Shown here: positions 25,690-39,150 of the stretch, piece after piece
Layout of the letters: each line of letters opens with the position of its first letter
How positions within the stretch are numbered: the stretch's first letter is position 1
Source: Crassostrea angulata
Taxonomy: Eukaryota
Assembly: GCF_025612915.1 (NCBI RefSeq)
Contig: NC_069115.1
Coordinates: 8,239,492 to 8,295,491, forward strand
Length of the DNA stretch: 56,000 nucleotides
Direction: 5' to 3'
Position numbers and translations under genes: made by a program
Notes under the pieces: generated by a model
Database searches by the model: none
The model's input: only the letters and a program-made list of their open reading frames with translations
Told to the model about the DNA's origin: nothing

Positions 25690-25795
25690 ATACCTGTTGA
25701 CCCTCCCGCATTACGCGAGAGACTCCCGCAAAACGGCCTAAAAATCTAAGATCTCCCGCGCGGGAGACAAATTTCTCCCGCAATCGTATTTGTCT
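25690..25795. other. Cluster of four 'ctcccgc' motifs, including the perfect 16-bp palindrome tctcccgcgcgggaga
   Basis: cctcccgcattacgcgagagactcccgcaaaacggcctaaaaatctaagatctcccgcgcgggagacaaatttctcccgcaatcg. Confidence 0.4.
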
Positions 25796-26744
25796 TCCCC
25801 ATACCCCCCCCCCCAAACTTCTGAATCTTTACATGCAAATTTCAACAACCACTGCAGGTTTTTCTTTAATTTTGAGCTCAAAAAGCTGCTGTGTAGCTTT
25901 AATATATCAAAATCCATCTAAGTACTGTCTACCGTGATCACCGTATATGACATGTTATAGTCCAGTTTACTTTTTACGATTATTTCCGGTTTTGACTTAA
26001 ATCAGTTACGTATTTAGTTATGCATAGGCCTTATAAAAAAATTATTGAAAGTTTAAAACATCTTGATTTTACTCTGTAACCAAAGAAAACAATACACAGC
26101 CAGTGGTGTCACTGAACAGGTGCACAGGTAAAGCACCCAAGCCACGTGCAGTGAGTCGTGACTAATTCTGTCTGGCCAACACGGTCGGTAAAAATCAAAG
26201 TGAGTTTGGAACACTGAGTGTTTATACAAGCTACCGATAAAAAAAGTATATCACAAGAGTTTTGGAAGTTTATAGTACCGGTGTTGTATAGCAGTTTTTC
26301 CCCCATAGTAGCTTTTCCCCCCGGAAAACCTACTATATAGTAACCTTTCCCCCCAGGGGGAAAAGCTACTATATAGTAGCTTTTCCCCCATAGTAGGGTT
26401 TCTCCCTCACGTGTTTGGTTCAGATTTTATAAAAAATATTTATGGAAATCCAGTAAGGATTAAAATCAATGTTTCTACACTCCCAGGTTGCATACATGTA
26501 TATCTGCATTCATCTGTACAGGTTAAGTTTCGTTTTGCCGATTTATTATTTTTATAGACAATGCTGAAAGTTGAACATGTGTGTAATGGAATTACACAAA
26601 GAACTTAATTTAGGTATACACTTATATGCATAATTCTGTGTTCTGAAATTGTATTAAACGAGAATGTTTTAAGAATTTCTTGATAAATTTATCAGACTGT
26701 TTGTCTGAAATTTCATCCAGGCTAAACCTCTGTTTTAGAGAAAT

Positions 26745-27345
26745 TTTGTTTCCGATGTTTCAGAGCCCGATTTTTAAAATCCTATTATAATAATTACAGT
26801 GCATATTCGTTAGGGTCCAATTCAATTCAATTTATTATCCTTTAGCTTTACAACTCATCGGAATACAAATTATAATACATATAAAATTATATACAAATGT
26901 GCAATGTGCAGTAAGTGAGTGGACATATTAAGACAATATAATCATGTACATATCTAAGATATGAATGAACATAAATGTATAAGGGTCCAATGTCTCATAA
27001 ACTAGAGATGACCATATTACCATATTTTTATAGTGGCAGTGGTTTACCACTTGAAGATGCATATGACTCTGAAAATTTCAGCTCTCAGGGTAGGGGCCCT
27101 TGATGTTTCAGGGCCCGATGTTTAAAACCCCATTATAATGACTGAATAGTGTTCTATAAGTGGGGACCCGAATATCAAATTCTAGAGATGACTAATTAAC
27201 CATATTTTCACAGTGATAGTGGTATACCACTAGTAGATGACACCGAAAATGCCCCCATGCAGGGTAGGAGCCTTTGTTGTTTTCGAGCCCGATGTTTGAA
27301 ATCCAATTATAAAGAATATGTATTTTTTAGGGACCCATATCGCAA
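26745..27345. repeat. Tandem repeat, ~190 bp unit, about 3 copies
   Basis: The recurring block 'gggcccgatgtttaaaa(c)cc(c)attataat...agagatgacca...accatattttcacagtgatagtggtataccact...cagggtagg' is seen three times. Confidence 0.6.
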
Positions 27346-27681
27346 AAACTATAGATGACCACATGAACATATTTTTACGGTCATTTAAAAGTAAAAACAT
27401 CATTTAAAAATATACAATCACTCATATATTTCTTTATCAAAATGATTGAAAATTACGATTAATTCTGCTGCTTTTTTTTTAATTTACGAACATATTTTTT
27501 TAAAAAAGGTACGCGGGTAAAGTTTATCATTCTTCAAAACATTTAATCAATTCATAAGGTGACTAATGATATAATAAATAATTAGATAAATAAATCAATT
27601 CATAAAAGGAGAAACCGAAAATCAAAAATAGATAACCAACCTAAGCGCTTATACGACTTTTTTACTTGTAAGTTGATTAGT

Positions 27682-28431
27682 ATGGTGGCATATCTCTGCC
27701 CCTTGTGTGCAAGTTATTTTTCTATCAAATATGTCGACATGCAAGATAAATATGTTGACATGCAAGATAGTTATGTCAACATGCAACATAACTATGTTGA
27801 CATGCAAGAAATTGCAATCTGATATGAATTATACAAAATCTCAAAAAATCGCCCGTCTGTGACATCCAAGATGCTAGATGTTATCTTTCTATGTCGACAT
27901 GCAACTTATTTATGTTAACATGCAAGATAAATATGCTGACATGCAACTTATTTATGTCAACATGCAACTTATTTATGTCGATATGCAACTTATTTATGTC
28001 GACATGCGAGATGAATATGTCAACATGCAACTTAGTTATGTTTACATGCGAGATAAATATGTTGACATGCAACTTATAAGTTGCATGTCAACATAACTAA
28101 GTTGCATGTTGACATAGATATGTTGCATGTCAACATATTTATCTTGCATGTTAACATAACTAAGTTGCATGTCGACATAAAGAAGTTGCATGTTAACATA
28201 AATAAGTTGCATGTTGACATCAATAGGTAGCGTATCTAGCATCTTGGATGTCACATGTTGGCGATATTTGAGATTTTTTATAACTCTTTTTTGATTGCAG
28301 TTTTCTTGCATGTCAACATAGTTATCTTGCATGTTGACATAACTATCTTGCATGTCAACATATTTATCTTGCATGTCAACATAATTAAGAGAAAAATAAC
28401 TTGCACACAGTGGGCAGAGATATGCCACCAT
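27682..28431. mobile_element. Foldback-type element, copy 2 (inverted relative to copy 1). ~42 bp terminal inverted repeats plus inverted arrays of ~21 bp subrepeats
   Basis: 5' atggtggcatatctctgccccttgtgtgcaagttatttttct ... 3' agaaaaataacttgcacacagtgggcagagatatgccaccat. The subrepeats switch orientation at ~28075. Confidence 0.7.
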
Positions 28432-28492
28432 AGATTAGAAGAACAAGCTTATATTTTTTTTTAAAAGTCAGCTCATCACAATATATGTGTTG

Positions 28493-28526
28493 GTTGTCTT
28501 TTTTTTTTTTTTTTTTTTTTTTTGGT
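28493..28526. repeat. poly(T) tract
   Basis: read directly. Confidence 0.9.
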
Positions 28527-30520
28527 TTTTGTTTGAATTTTTTTAAATTTCCCCTTGTTTAATTGTTCGAAGAAATGATATGGTACACAAGTAAATCTTT
28601 ATTGCAAAAATATGAAACAAATAGTATAATTTTTTTAGGTAATTGAATCGTATATCTTGATTTATATAGCATCGTTTTCAAAATTGTATATTTATAAATC
28701 ACGTTGCAAACTTAAAAGTGGAAAAATTAGCAAATAGTGAGTGACAATATAAACATAAAGTTAGTTCAGGCTCCATTTCACATTTTCCAAAGTAACCAGC
28801 AAAGATACCGACATTGTTCTGGTTGTGAAGACATTTCATTGTTTTTTTAAATGTTTACATCATAATATCTCGCGTTTCGTAGAAATGTGCTTAAGAATAT
28901 GAATATGCGTAACTTTAAACGAAATGGTAAACACTAACTTTACACATGCTTTAATTACATAATTAAAATACCCCTTAAACTTAGAACCCCATCAATCAAA
29001 GTAAAACTAAAACATTTCAGTTTCTCATCATACCATTGCATCATGTCTCCCGTTTGATATTTAGAAGAAGAAATATATAATTGTTTTTAAGATCGTCAAT
29101 TCTAACGGTATTAATTTAAAATCGATAGCCTTTTGGACGAAGGGAGTAATACGTTTCCACTTTTTATTCCCTTCCTCTACAAAATTAAGTCAAGATTGGT
29201 CAGTTAGTTCCCTGGGAGAAGCTTATACATTGATGGTAATACATTAGAACAATTAAATTTCCAAACCGGCGTATTTTCACTCAAATGTGTTCTCACGTGT
29301 TCATAACGTCGAAGTCAAAACTGTATATAAGCATCGATTAGATGAAAAAGATTCGAGGTATTCCGAAATCCGTGTAAAAGGTGTTCCAAAAAGGGGTGAG
29401 AACAGGTGAAATAAACGATGATGACACATGCATGTTATAAAGGCGCATAGTTCATATTTGGGGTTGAAAAACCATGTATTTTATTCTATGTATTAATAAA
29501 TGCCATAATTATCCTTTTTTGTGAGAAATTAATATCATATCAGTTATTGCAAATTATTGTCACGAATGGTCCGCAATAAACATGGCCGGAAAGTAAAAAA
29601 GGGGGAAAATCCACTATATAGTAGGTTTTCCGTGGGGGTAATCTGGCTATAAAAAGGGGGAAAGCCCACTATATAGTCAGCTTTCCGTGGGGGCAAAACT
29701 GCTATATAGCCATTTTTCCGGGGGGAAGAACTGCTATATAGCCATTTTTCCGGGGGGAAAGATGGCTAGGGGGAAAAGGCACTATATAACACCGGTACTA
29801 TGAATTACAGGGATACTATAGATATTACAACATAGATCATTTTTAAATGATACTGGAGATATACATGTTGTTTTGTAAATTAAAAATCTATCCTATATAT
29901 AAGGCAAAAAATAAATTCATAATTTTAATGAATATTATTTACTGGTATTTTCTTAACTGGGTTTCACTGCAACTTCAAAATACGCAAAAAAATATTCTGT
30001 GTTTACCCTAGATGTCAGCATGCAGTGATGGTTCAATACTGAACAATAAGATGACTTAATATAAAAAGTGGCACTACTGACTTTTTGTTTTGTACCATGC
30101 AAACAAAATCATAGTTTTCTGAACAAGTAGAGCAACACAAGTTGTAATTGCACACTGGTAGTCATAGAAATAATAAAATTTGAAATGATTACAAATGCAT
30201 TAATTACAATGAAAAAATAAGGTATCTAACAGTATTTTTTAACATATATTTGCATTTCACGTGAAAAAATGCCGTTTACGCAAAATCTCCCCCTTAGCCA
30301 AGTTGGTAACGGGGAGATTCTCCCACAAAGCAGCTTTGAAAGGTTAACAGGTATGTAAATGTTTAATCAACTTGTTTAAAAAATTTATTTGTGTAGTAAT
30401 TTAAATAAAACGTCAATAAAGGAGGCATTTTGGAAAGATTCATAATTTAAATTGCTTAGTTTGAATCGTATGTATCTACGTTCTGCCAATATATAAAAAC
30501 CGCCTTTTACATTATCGGAT

Positions 30521-30600
30521 GTTGTGGCGTAACGGCAGCGCGTTAGGCTAATGAGCGTAATGATTTTAGGGCCGAGAGTTCGAAACCCGATCTCGGCACT
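30521..30600 (+). ncRNA. tRNA-like sequence (tRNA pseudogene or SINE head) with A- and B-box-like motifs. No canonical cloverleaf could be drawn
   Basis: TGGCGTAACGG ... GAGTTCGAAACCC, followed by the 7-bp-stem hairpin gccgaga...tctcggc. Confidence 0.3.
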
Positions 30601-31623
30601 TGTAGAAAAATGCCATACTCTATTTCGGCATAGTATGATTACGCTATATCAACCCTTTGTAAACTAAGATAAAATATATGAGTATTGAATATATAGAGAC
30701 ATGCTAACAGGAACTAAAATAATAGTATAAAAAATAAGAGTGTGTGTGGTGAATAAAATCAATTTTAATACTATTCTTTCAATACATTATTGTTGTGAGG
30801 TTTTCCTATTAACAATTTTGATTATTTTTTCAGAAAATAAAAAAAAAACTTTTAAAAAAGATTCTTGTGTGAAAGCAGCCTACACGTATAGCAATCATGG
30901 TACGTTAAAGAAAAATCAATGCAAAAATACCATAAAAACCTACTATAGACTGCCGCGGATTTTAAAACTAAACCCCAGACACTTTATTTGGGAATAGACG
31001 TTTGAATAAAATAAAACTTTACAAATTAAGTTAAAAGTTAATGCATATTTTGGCTTGTCAGGGCCTTTTTTGTTAGCATCCTTTAATTGTAAAAAAAAAT
31101 CGCAATAGTACACTATGTCCCTGAAACCGACCTTTACATTGTGACGTGTTTTACGAATAAAATGAATCCGATTTAAATGTTTAATATATTCTTACATAAT
31201 TTGTAGTGCTGAGTATAAAACGCTTCAAATTTAATTCACTCCAAAAAGTCTAGCTGTCATGATGACATGTACTTAACCCTTCAAAACGGGGTCAAATATA
31301 TATTTAATGTAATTCTTAGGCATAGAGATAAGTACATATATATTGTCGAATTTGATTGCAAACGTTTGGTTGATATTCTTTTCATAAATAACAATAAAAT
31401 TCTTTTCTTGACAATGTCTAAAGTTCACTTAAATGAAGAATCAAAACTTAACTGTTAAACTCACGGTAAACGCATGTTAGAAGTGTTTGAGAATGAAAAC
31501 GAAAAAAACATACGTGAAAGCTGTAAGAATTGCAATAGCACTGTTAGAATAAGATGACCAAGTTTAAATCAGATTAACCGAGCCTTAAATTCCATTTTTG
31601 CCTATTACGTTCTGACAGTAAAT

Positions 31624-32736
31624 TTGAAATATTCCTTAAAAGTTTAGCTAGTGATATATGAGGTAATCAAAATTTTTTATCAGCACTTTCCCTACAGTGG
31701 TGCTATTATGTATTAAAGAATGAATAGTTTTTAGTAAGTAACGAAAGGTAACTCCGCATCATTCTGCAATTTTTAATGGCAATGTTAAGTAATCTTCTGC
31801 GGTCACTTACTTATGGTAAACATTTTATTGAAAGCAATGTTTGCAAGAGGGATGGATGATTGTTGCCATTTATAGACAGCATTGATCTATTTAAGATGAA
31901 CAGTTTTGAATAGAGATAACGAAAAATACTTAAAAGCTAGAATCTAGAGATTTTTTCCTGTATCTAATATTTCTTTTAGAGTAACAAAACATACCTGCAT
32001 GTTGAAGGTTGATCTGATGGAAATCATTTTGACGACCCAGCCTATTAAGTTGTTTGCAAGAAAAGTTATCAACGAAAACTGACATAATTAGATAATTTTC
32101 CAACGATCGAGGTTCAATTATGTTGATAGACTGACCCAGTTGTTATCACTGACGTTCTAAATAAACATCCACATTCAATACACTATGTAATTTTCTCCTC
32201 TTAGATATCCGCAAGTGTTTACAAATATCAATGTATGATCCTTTATTGATATGATTAAGGATAACTTTAAGGTCGGGTGGATACCAAATGAACGAGTACT
32301 GTAGGGTGTCTTATCATGAATATTTGTTATGTTTAAAATATACAACGTCAATATATGACAAAACAAGTGCCAGTAATATCTATAAGTCTGTGCTTGTATC
32401 TTTTGATGAAAACGTAGTACTCCATAATTGAAACAATAATAAAATGTAACAGGTAACCATCCAGGAACACAAAACATAACAATGTTTCACATTATTATTT
32501 TTTATAATATTTCAAAATGTAAAGGTCCATTTACATGTAAAATGGAAATTATACATATACATAATTATCATTACCTATTTTGAAATATACACGGAATATT
32601 AAAACCAAACTCTAATTAACTACTCTTCAACTATTTCTTTATCCAATCCTAATATAAAAAAAATAAACCATGTTTTAAAATACATGTCCAAGTAATTTGT
32701 AATTTTTAAATATACGTGTACAAGTAATTTGTAATC
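31624..32736 (+). repeat. Low-copy repeat block D, copy 1 (second copy at 54272-55980). Ends in a 32 bp minisatellite into which a LINE inserted
   Basis: Long by-eye collinearity with 54272-55980. The short ORFs at 32175-32477 and 54822-55013 are homologous. Confidence 0.75.
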
Positions 32737-34745
32737 ATTCATTCATTCATTCTTTATTTGCACAAGACATACATCTTATGGCATAGGTTATTACATATTA
32801 TTAATAGCAATATTGAAATAATGGTATGGTACATGTACATGTACATGTAAAGTACATTAACAATATATATAAAATAAAATTTTACTAACAGGCGAAAAAA
32901 CCAGAGAATTTTTCTTAATTATCATGATTATTGAAAGCTAGTTTGAGATACTTCCCCAAATTACACAGTTCTTTAAAATTTTGAACACTGAATGATTGTA
33001 TAAATTTGTATACAGAAGGTTTTTTCCAATAATATTTCTTAATATATTTTACTCGGATTTCTCTATACTGCTGACATTTCAAAACAAAATGGAATTCATC
33101 TTCAATATCTGAACAAAATTTACATAAGTGTCTTTCTTTTGGTACATTAGTGTGTCGTCCACTTTCAATTGCAAGTCTATGAGATGACAATCTAATTCTT
33201 GGAATTTGTTTCTTATATGTAGAAGGTATTGATTTTGTTAAATAATATTGTAATGAAAACTGGTCAATAATACGCTTGTAAAAATAACATCGAGATGAGG
33301 AATTAATCTGTTCTACAAGATGTTGAGTAAAGTGATCAATGATTCTTTGCTTAATTAAAGGAAAATAGGTTGCACAATGTATATACTCCTGTTCATACCA
33401 TATATGTCCTAGACCTATTTCAAAAAGTTTATTTTTAATTACAGTAACCCAATTTTCAGCAGGTGCCAAAGACGATTCACAGTCATCATACAGCATTTTG
33501 TAACAGGACTGCAAAATACAATTCTGACTTTGTAACAATTTGAACCAAAATTTGAATATTCTAAACATTCGTATAGTTTTCATAGGTAGACTCCCAGTTT
33601 CAAAATATACAATTGCAGTGTTTGTATTTCTCTTCACACTTAACACAAATTTAATATATTCTAAATGCACTTTTTCTATATCATTTGCAGCATGCATGCC
33701 CCATATCTCACAGCCATAATTTAATATACTAGCAATATAAGTATCAAAAATTGACAGCATTGTTTCAGTGTTCAGATACAATTGACTTGGTTTTTACTTT
33801 AAAGAAAACATGGCTTTTCTCCCTTGGCTCACCAACTGTTTCTGTGTATTGTTAAACTTTCCATTATATTGTAACAAAAGGCCCAGATATGTAAAGCTAT
33901 CGACAACCTCAATTGGCTCGCCATTTAAATGCCACCTTTCATTATTGTGAATTTTACCACCATTTCTAAAAATGACAATTTTGGTTTTTTGTACATTTAC
34001 AGTAAGATCCCAGACAGATGTATAAGAATACAATGTATCTAACATTTCTTGAAGCTCATGTGCAGTTTCGGAGAAAATTACCATGTCATCTGCGTACATT
34101 TAAACAAAAAGATTTAACTCTTGAATTTGTATTGGTATGTTACCTTTACACAAAAATTCCATTTCAAAATCATTCACATATAATGAAAACAATATTGGAG
34201 TTAGCACTTCTCCCTGCAAAAGTCCTTTGTTATTTTTAAAAAACTCAGATAACTTTCCTGCTGAATTAACACATGATTTCATAATATTATACATACTACG
34301 AATGAAATTCAACAATTTTCCTCTAATACCAACGTTAGACAATTTTTCCCATAATTTCAATCTTTCAACAGTGTCAAATGCTTTCTTAAAGTCAACAAAA
34401 TAACAATACAATCTTTTTTTACTTTCTTATTGACATATTAATAATATTTGAAAGGCTAAATATAGCCTCAGCTGTACCTCGTTTGGGTTGAAATCCAAAC
34501 TGTGCATCAGTGATTACATCATTTGCGTCAGACCATGTTAACAATCTTTGATTCAAAATAGATGTGAATAATTTACAAAAGCAACTGACAAGACTAATGC
34601 CTCTATAATTATTGGGGTCTAATGCATCACCCTTTTTAAAAACTGGTATTATAATACACTGTGCCCACATATTAGGGGAAAAACCAGAAGACAATTTTCT
34701 ATTGAATAATCTTAGTATAATTATGTAGACTGTTTTACCGTACAT
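32737..34745 (-). mobile_element. 5'-truncated non-LTR (LINE) retrotransposon carrying a frameshifted reverse-transcriptase ORF2. Its (AATG)n-like tail is inserted into the minisatellite of repeat block D
   Basis: Minus-strand ORFs 34419-34745 (...IPVFKKGD..NYRGISL..FQPKRGTAEAIFSL), 34100-34411 and 33794-34099 (MYADDMVIF, the YADD reverse-transcriptase active site), and 32915-33781 (C-terminal CKFCSDIEDEFHFVLKC knuckle). The pieces lie in different frames, i.e. frameshifts. The 3' end is (gaat)4 at 32737-32752. Confidence 0.85.
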
Positions 34746-35389
34746 GTATCACTAGGTGAGATCCCTTCTCATTTACAGCATATTACACTAACATGCAGAA
34801 TAAACTCTACGCACTGACATGCATATTTCGGTATTTATATTTTTATGTTAAGGCATTCATCATATATACATTTGAAAATAAGATAACGTATGGTACAAAT
34901 CGTTAACTTTGACATTGATATGATTTATTACATATGTGTCATTTTGATACAATATTAAGTTGGTAAGATGAATACAATGAATTCAATCACGCTTGAATAT
35001 AATTTTACAGATTTTAATGATGGAAACCATGCTTGTTGCTCCGAGGTACATGTGACGTATCATTTTCTCGCGTTGTGCACACTACATGTATTTACATCAT
35101 AAAGGGGACGCAAAACAATCAAGTAAATGTTTTAAAGTGGTCCATTATCAGCCATTTATCAAATTTGATTAAAAGTTTAATCAAAAAGACTTTGAAAATG
35201 TAAACAAGATAAGAAACAATGTAAGCTTGTAGACATATTTTGGCCCGTGGTCGATCAGAAGTGTATATGAAACATTGAAATGCTTATTAATAACTTTCTT
35301 ATTAAATATTAGGTACCTGAGTTAATATTGGTCGCTACATACATTGATTCACTACGTATATAAATATGTTTTAAGTTATAAGGACACCG

Positions 35390-35690
35390 ATACATGGCTC
35401 CTGGTAGGTACACGGCTCCTGGTGTAGGTACATGCTGCCCACCCAGGCATCCAATACGATCAGTGTTCCGTCTCCGAGCGTCAGACATCTACCGCCTGAT
35501 GTATTAAAACAAGCCAATAGGAAAACGCCAGGTATCGAGGGCATCAAGCAGCTAAATGTTATTTGAGTCTGTACGCACCAATCGCACTAGATTACGTAGT
35601 TATCATTAATCTTCTGGCAGATGAGAGTCACGAAGCCCGTTGATGCAGACAGCCAATAAAGAGAATGAAAACACGGTCGCCGTACTTATG
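35390..35690 (+). repeat. ~300 bp dispersed repeat, copy 1 (copy 2 at 41470-41770). Contains CCAAT-box-like 'agccaataaa'
   Basis: By-eye alignment of '...caggtat(c/t)gag...aatcgc(a/g)c(t/a)a(g)attac...cccgtt(g/a)a(t/a)gca(g/a)(a)cagccaataaa(g/a)ga...'. Confidence 0.45.
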
Positions 35691-38317
35691 CAGGTTAAAC
35701 GAACATATTTATTTACTTAATGGTTGAAAATAAAATCTTCACCAAAAATGATGAAACATACACTTTTTTCTGGTGCTAGTGTTCGTTATATTTCCTATGC
35801 CATTTCAAAAGCTATCTTCATTTCCTGGACATAGTCAACATGGTACAAATGCTATCCTGAACCGCAATTATATTCCTGCAGCAGCTTTAAAAGTTGCAAA
35901 ATCAGAAAATGGAATTCGAGAAGAGCGGAGATAATTTTGTTTTTGGGATCACGATTTCTTTTAAAGATCAACATTAGAAGTAGGGTTAAAAGCATCTGTC
36001 CATATTATACCAATGTACTTTAACATTGTGCTTTTAATATCAACTAGCAACTATTTTTTGCGTGTAATTTCCAAAAAGAGAAATGGTGCAATATCTTTAT
36101 TTAATCTTGATTAGCTGTAATTAAGTATTAATTATTTGAATCTTTCTAATGTGTGATTGCTTTGACTGTGTTATTCAGTACCCTTCTGTTTCATCATCTG
36201 ACTCCTTCCAATCTTAAACAATGTGGTAAAATGTTTGGCCGTATTTGTACGTCTTACAATAGTTGCAGAACAAGAAATATAAAAATCAATTGTTTATAAG
36301 CTATTTGTAAAAATGAATTGCTGAGAGATCGGTTCTTCTATTGACTGGTTGTTTTAACATCATTTTTGGGGGGTTCACTGGGCAAAAGGATGTTATCGCA
36401 CGAATAAAGAAATGATTAAACACTATGTATTAATCATATACATGTAATCGATTATAATCCTGTCAATTCACGTATAAGCATGTTTATGTTAATTATCTGG
36501 CTGCAAGCTCTGTACGCATTACACTTAAAGTTCTGTTTACATTCATTTATGCAGCAAAAATAAAGAAGACGTTGTCTTTTACAAAAAGGAAGATTTCGTT
36601 GATTCCTTTGCTAACATTTTTTTTAACATAATTGCATAAAAAAAATTGTATTCGTTCATAGAACCCTTTTTATGAGAAGGTAAAAATATTAAATAGATCT
36701 TGAACAATGGAAGATCAAGTTTTAAAGAGTTTACTTTAGTGATTGTACACAAATAAACATCCTTTATCTATAATAAAGATCAGTTTTAGAAAAGAATTGT
36801 TTATAGATACATGCATAAGAAACGAATGTACCCTAACTAAAAAAGCAATTGAAATACTCTCTGGATTCTAGTATGCATACTGTATTGTAAAGATATGTAA
36901 AGCTAAATAGTTCGTAACTTGAAGGTTGTTTTATCACGTGTTTGTGGATTACTATGTTACTTACCATGGTCAGGTCTTTTTTGATTCTTTTAATTTTTTA
37001 AAATATGATTTAAATATGTTTGCTATTAACATTGACAACCAGGTGTTTATGGGTTTACTAGAAATATGTTATTTAAAATGGTCAGGTTTTTAAAAAGTAT
37101 TTTATGTTTAATATATATAAATGCTTTTGAAACACCAATACTAAGAAAGTGTAAGTTGTGATGTAAAAATACATGAATGCAGCAATAAAAGACAACAATT
37201 GTCTTGTAAAAAAAAAACGCAAATCCTCACTTATTGTCCCTTATAGGCCATATATTAAAAGTTTTTTTTTAAAGTTATATTTGACTAAAATAGTAGATTT
37301 CTCAAGATTTATGGTAAACTTATAGTAAAGGCATACCCAGAATATTTAGACCAGTACAACAGTTTTTTCGGTTGAAATATTTCACCCCAGCGAATGTTTT
37401 TGTCATTTAAATTTAGACCACGTGGTTTTACTTGACCCTTTCAGTTTCTATTTCCTAGAATCAAGATACATGTACTTGCAGTCAAATATAAAATATAGAC
37501 TTTTTTTTAATTTTAAACTTTATATCCATTTATTGGTGGATGAGCTGTGCATTGAGTTCTAGAAAGAAATGGGACAATAGAAATAGGTTTTTATGATCTT
37601 GCAACAATTAACATGCTTAGAAGCGACCCCCCCCCCCGGATTAATTTTCAATCCGCGCCTGACCTAGTCATAGCACCAGTAGTGAAACAGACTATACTAT
37701 TTTATGAAGGATGTTCCTTGAAATTGGCTCGATAAACTATGTTTTAATTCAAAACAGACATTCTTTATTTTTTTAAAGGCATGGTAATGCACACATAAGC
37801 ATCAACCATGGCTATGATTTTATTATTAAAAGCAACCCAATGTTTATATTTTCAACCACTCTACACGTGGTTGAAGACGAACGATAACTCTGTTCTAAAT
37901 ACCATCGTTTAGTTTAAATAACTGATAGATGATGAAATAAGACATATATCTTAATATATTTTCATGTTTTAACATAAATCAAAGTAGGATATGATATGAA
38001 AAAAAGATCAGTTCTTACATATTTTAAGAATATCTTCCGAACACTTATACTTCCGCTAAAAATTTCACAGGAACTGAACAAATCTCGGGGAAGTCTCGAG
38101 AGCTTTCATTCGAGCACCTCTGGATTTATTACATACTAAGCAACGATAAGGAAAACATTCCGAACACATTCGCAGGGGTGTATTTGTTGACAGTTATATA
38201 GATTTTTAAACCGATCTGGTGCATTTCAAGAGTAGAACTTTCTATTTCTCATTAACTTACTTTGTTTCACGTTTGACGCAATTTATAATTATATGAACTC
38301 TAACAATGCAATTTTTT

Positions 38318-38323
38318 TTTATT
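38318..38323 (-). promoter_or_regulatory. Candidate poly(A) signal AATAAA ~47 nt downstream of the stop codon of the EGF-like/TM gene
   Basis: Minus-strand 'gaaataaaaaaaaattg'. Confidence 0.4.
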
Positions 38324-38369
38324 TCAAGACATGCCATTATCAATGGGCTTCATACAACAGTGCACTGTG

Positions 38370-38497
38370 TCAGCCTGATGTTAAGGCGCTCACGAGACCG
38401 GCTGGTACAAGAAGCAGTAAAGGAAGTACCGAGGCTCCCAACAACAGAGCCAAATTTATCCCTGGTCTCTCTGTTGTAGTTGTTGTAGTTTCGATCA
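38370..38497 (-). CDS. EGF-like/TM gene, exon 4 (terminal, phase-1 acceptor). Encodes a Thr-rich stalk, a transmembrane helix and a stop
   Basis: Acceptor ttccttttaacag|TG. Translation (V)IETTTTTTERPGINLALLLGASVLPLLLLVPAGLVSALTSG*. The TM segment is conserved in all paralogs. Confidence 0.6.
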
Positions 38498-38528
38498 CTG
38501 TTAAAAGGAATACTGAATTATTACATAG

Positions 38529-38532
<4 letters not shown>

Positions 38533-38612
<80 letters not shown>
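38533..38612. repeat. (TA)n microsatellite in intron 3
   Basis: read directly. Confidence 0.9.
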
Positions 38613-38616
<4 letters not shown>

Positions 38617-38849
38617 TTTGCTTGAGGATTGTTGTAACGTTAAATATAATATTGATGTTCAATTGCAATCCCCACCAAACATCGCAGAATAGTGCACAAT
38701 AATACTAATTTGAATGAATAGAACCCACTTCCACCAACGTTATAAAATAACTAAATATATATGAACTTTTCATTACAAATTTTAACCAAACATCGAACCA
38801 ATATGCTATAAAATTGTAGATGCGCGCCTTAGTCTTGTTCTCAAATTAC

Positions 38850-38945
38850 CTTCACAGTATTTTCCTTCATACCCCGGGAAACAAACACATTCGCCATTCT
38901 GACAGTCACCGCGATAACTGCATTGTACATTCGATTCACAATCAT
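38850..38945 (-). CDS. EGF-like/TM gene, exon 3 (96 nt, phase 1-1). Encodes the third EGF-like domain
   Basis: Acceptor ttattatttag|AT, donor GAAG|gtaatt. Translation (D)DCESNVQCSYRGDCQNGECVCFPGYEGKYCE, six Cys with the CxCxxGYxGxxC signature. Confidence 0.6.
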
Positions 38946-39027
38946 CTAAATAATAAAATTGATGACTACAATTTTATTCAACAGGATTCATTGCACTTTG
39001 AAAAAAAAGAAAGAGAAAATATGTTAC

Positions 39028-39150
39028 CGAGACATTCAGGAGGCCCGAAGGTTTCCGCAGGACATACGCATTTTCCGTATCCTTGCGTAGTCAACTCACA
39101 CTGTGTATTTCCTTTGCACTGATCAGTCTCTCCCACATCATTACACTCAC
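39028..39150 (-). CDS. EGF-like/TM gene, exon 2 (123 nt, phase 1-1). Encodes the second EGF-like domain
   Basis: Acceptor ...ctgatttag|GT, donor CTCG|gtaacat. Translation (G)ECNDVGETDQCKGNTQCELTTQGYGKCVCPAETFGPPECL. Confidence 0.55.

Larger units (their letters stand above)
26273..29801. mobile_element. ~3.5 kb element bounded by long (~130-200 bp) terminal inverted repeats. The repeats are built from palindromic ~34 bp subrepeats (gggggaaaagctactatatagtagcttttccccc). No coding capacity. A nested foldback element and a 190 bp tandem repeat lie inside
   Basis: Left terminus tagtaccggtgttgtatagcagtttttccccc... at 26273-26410. Right terminus ...gggggaaaaggcactatataacaccggtacta at 29586-29801, in inverted orientation. 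Confidence 0.55.

Noticed and set aside
32175-32477. 100-aa minus-strand ORF, duplicated at 54822-55013
   Set aside because: The duplication reflects the low-copy repeat block D, not coding conservation. The two copies differ by a (TATC)n insertion that would destroy the frame.
38820-39122. 100-aa plus-strand ORF
   Set aside because: It is antisense to exons 2-3 of the minus-strand EGF-like gene. The minus-strand frames give canonical EGF cysteine spacing and GT-AG boundaries. The plus-strand ORF has no recognisable features.
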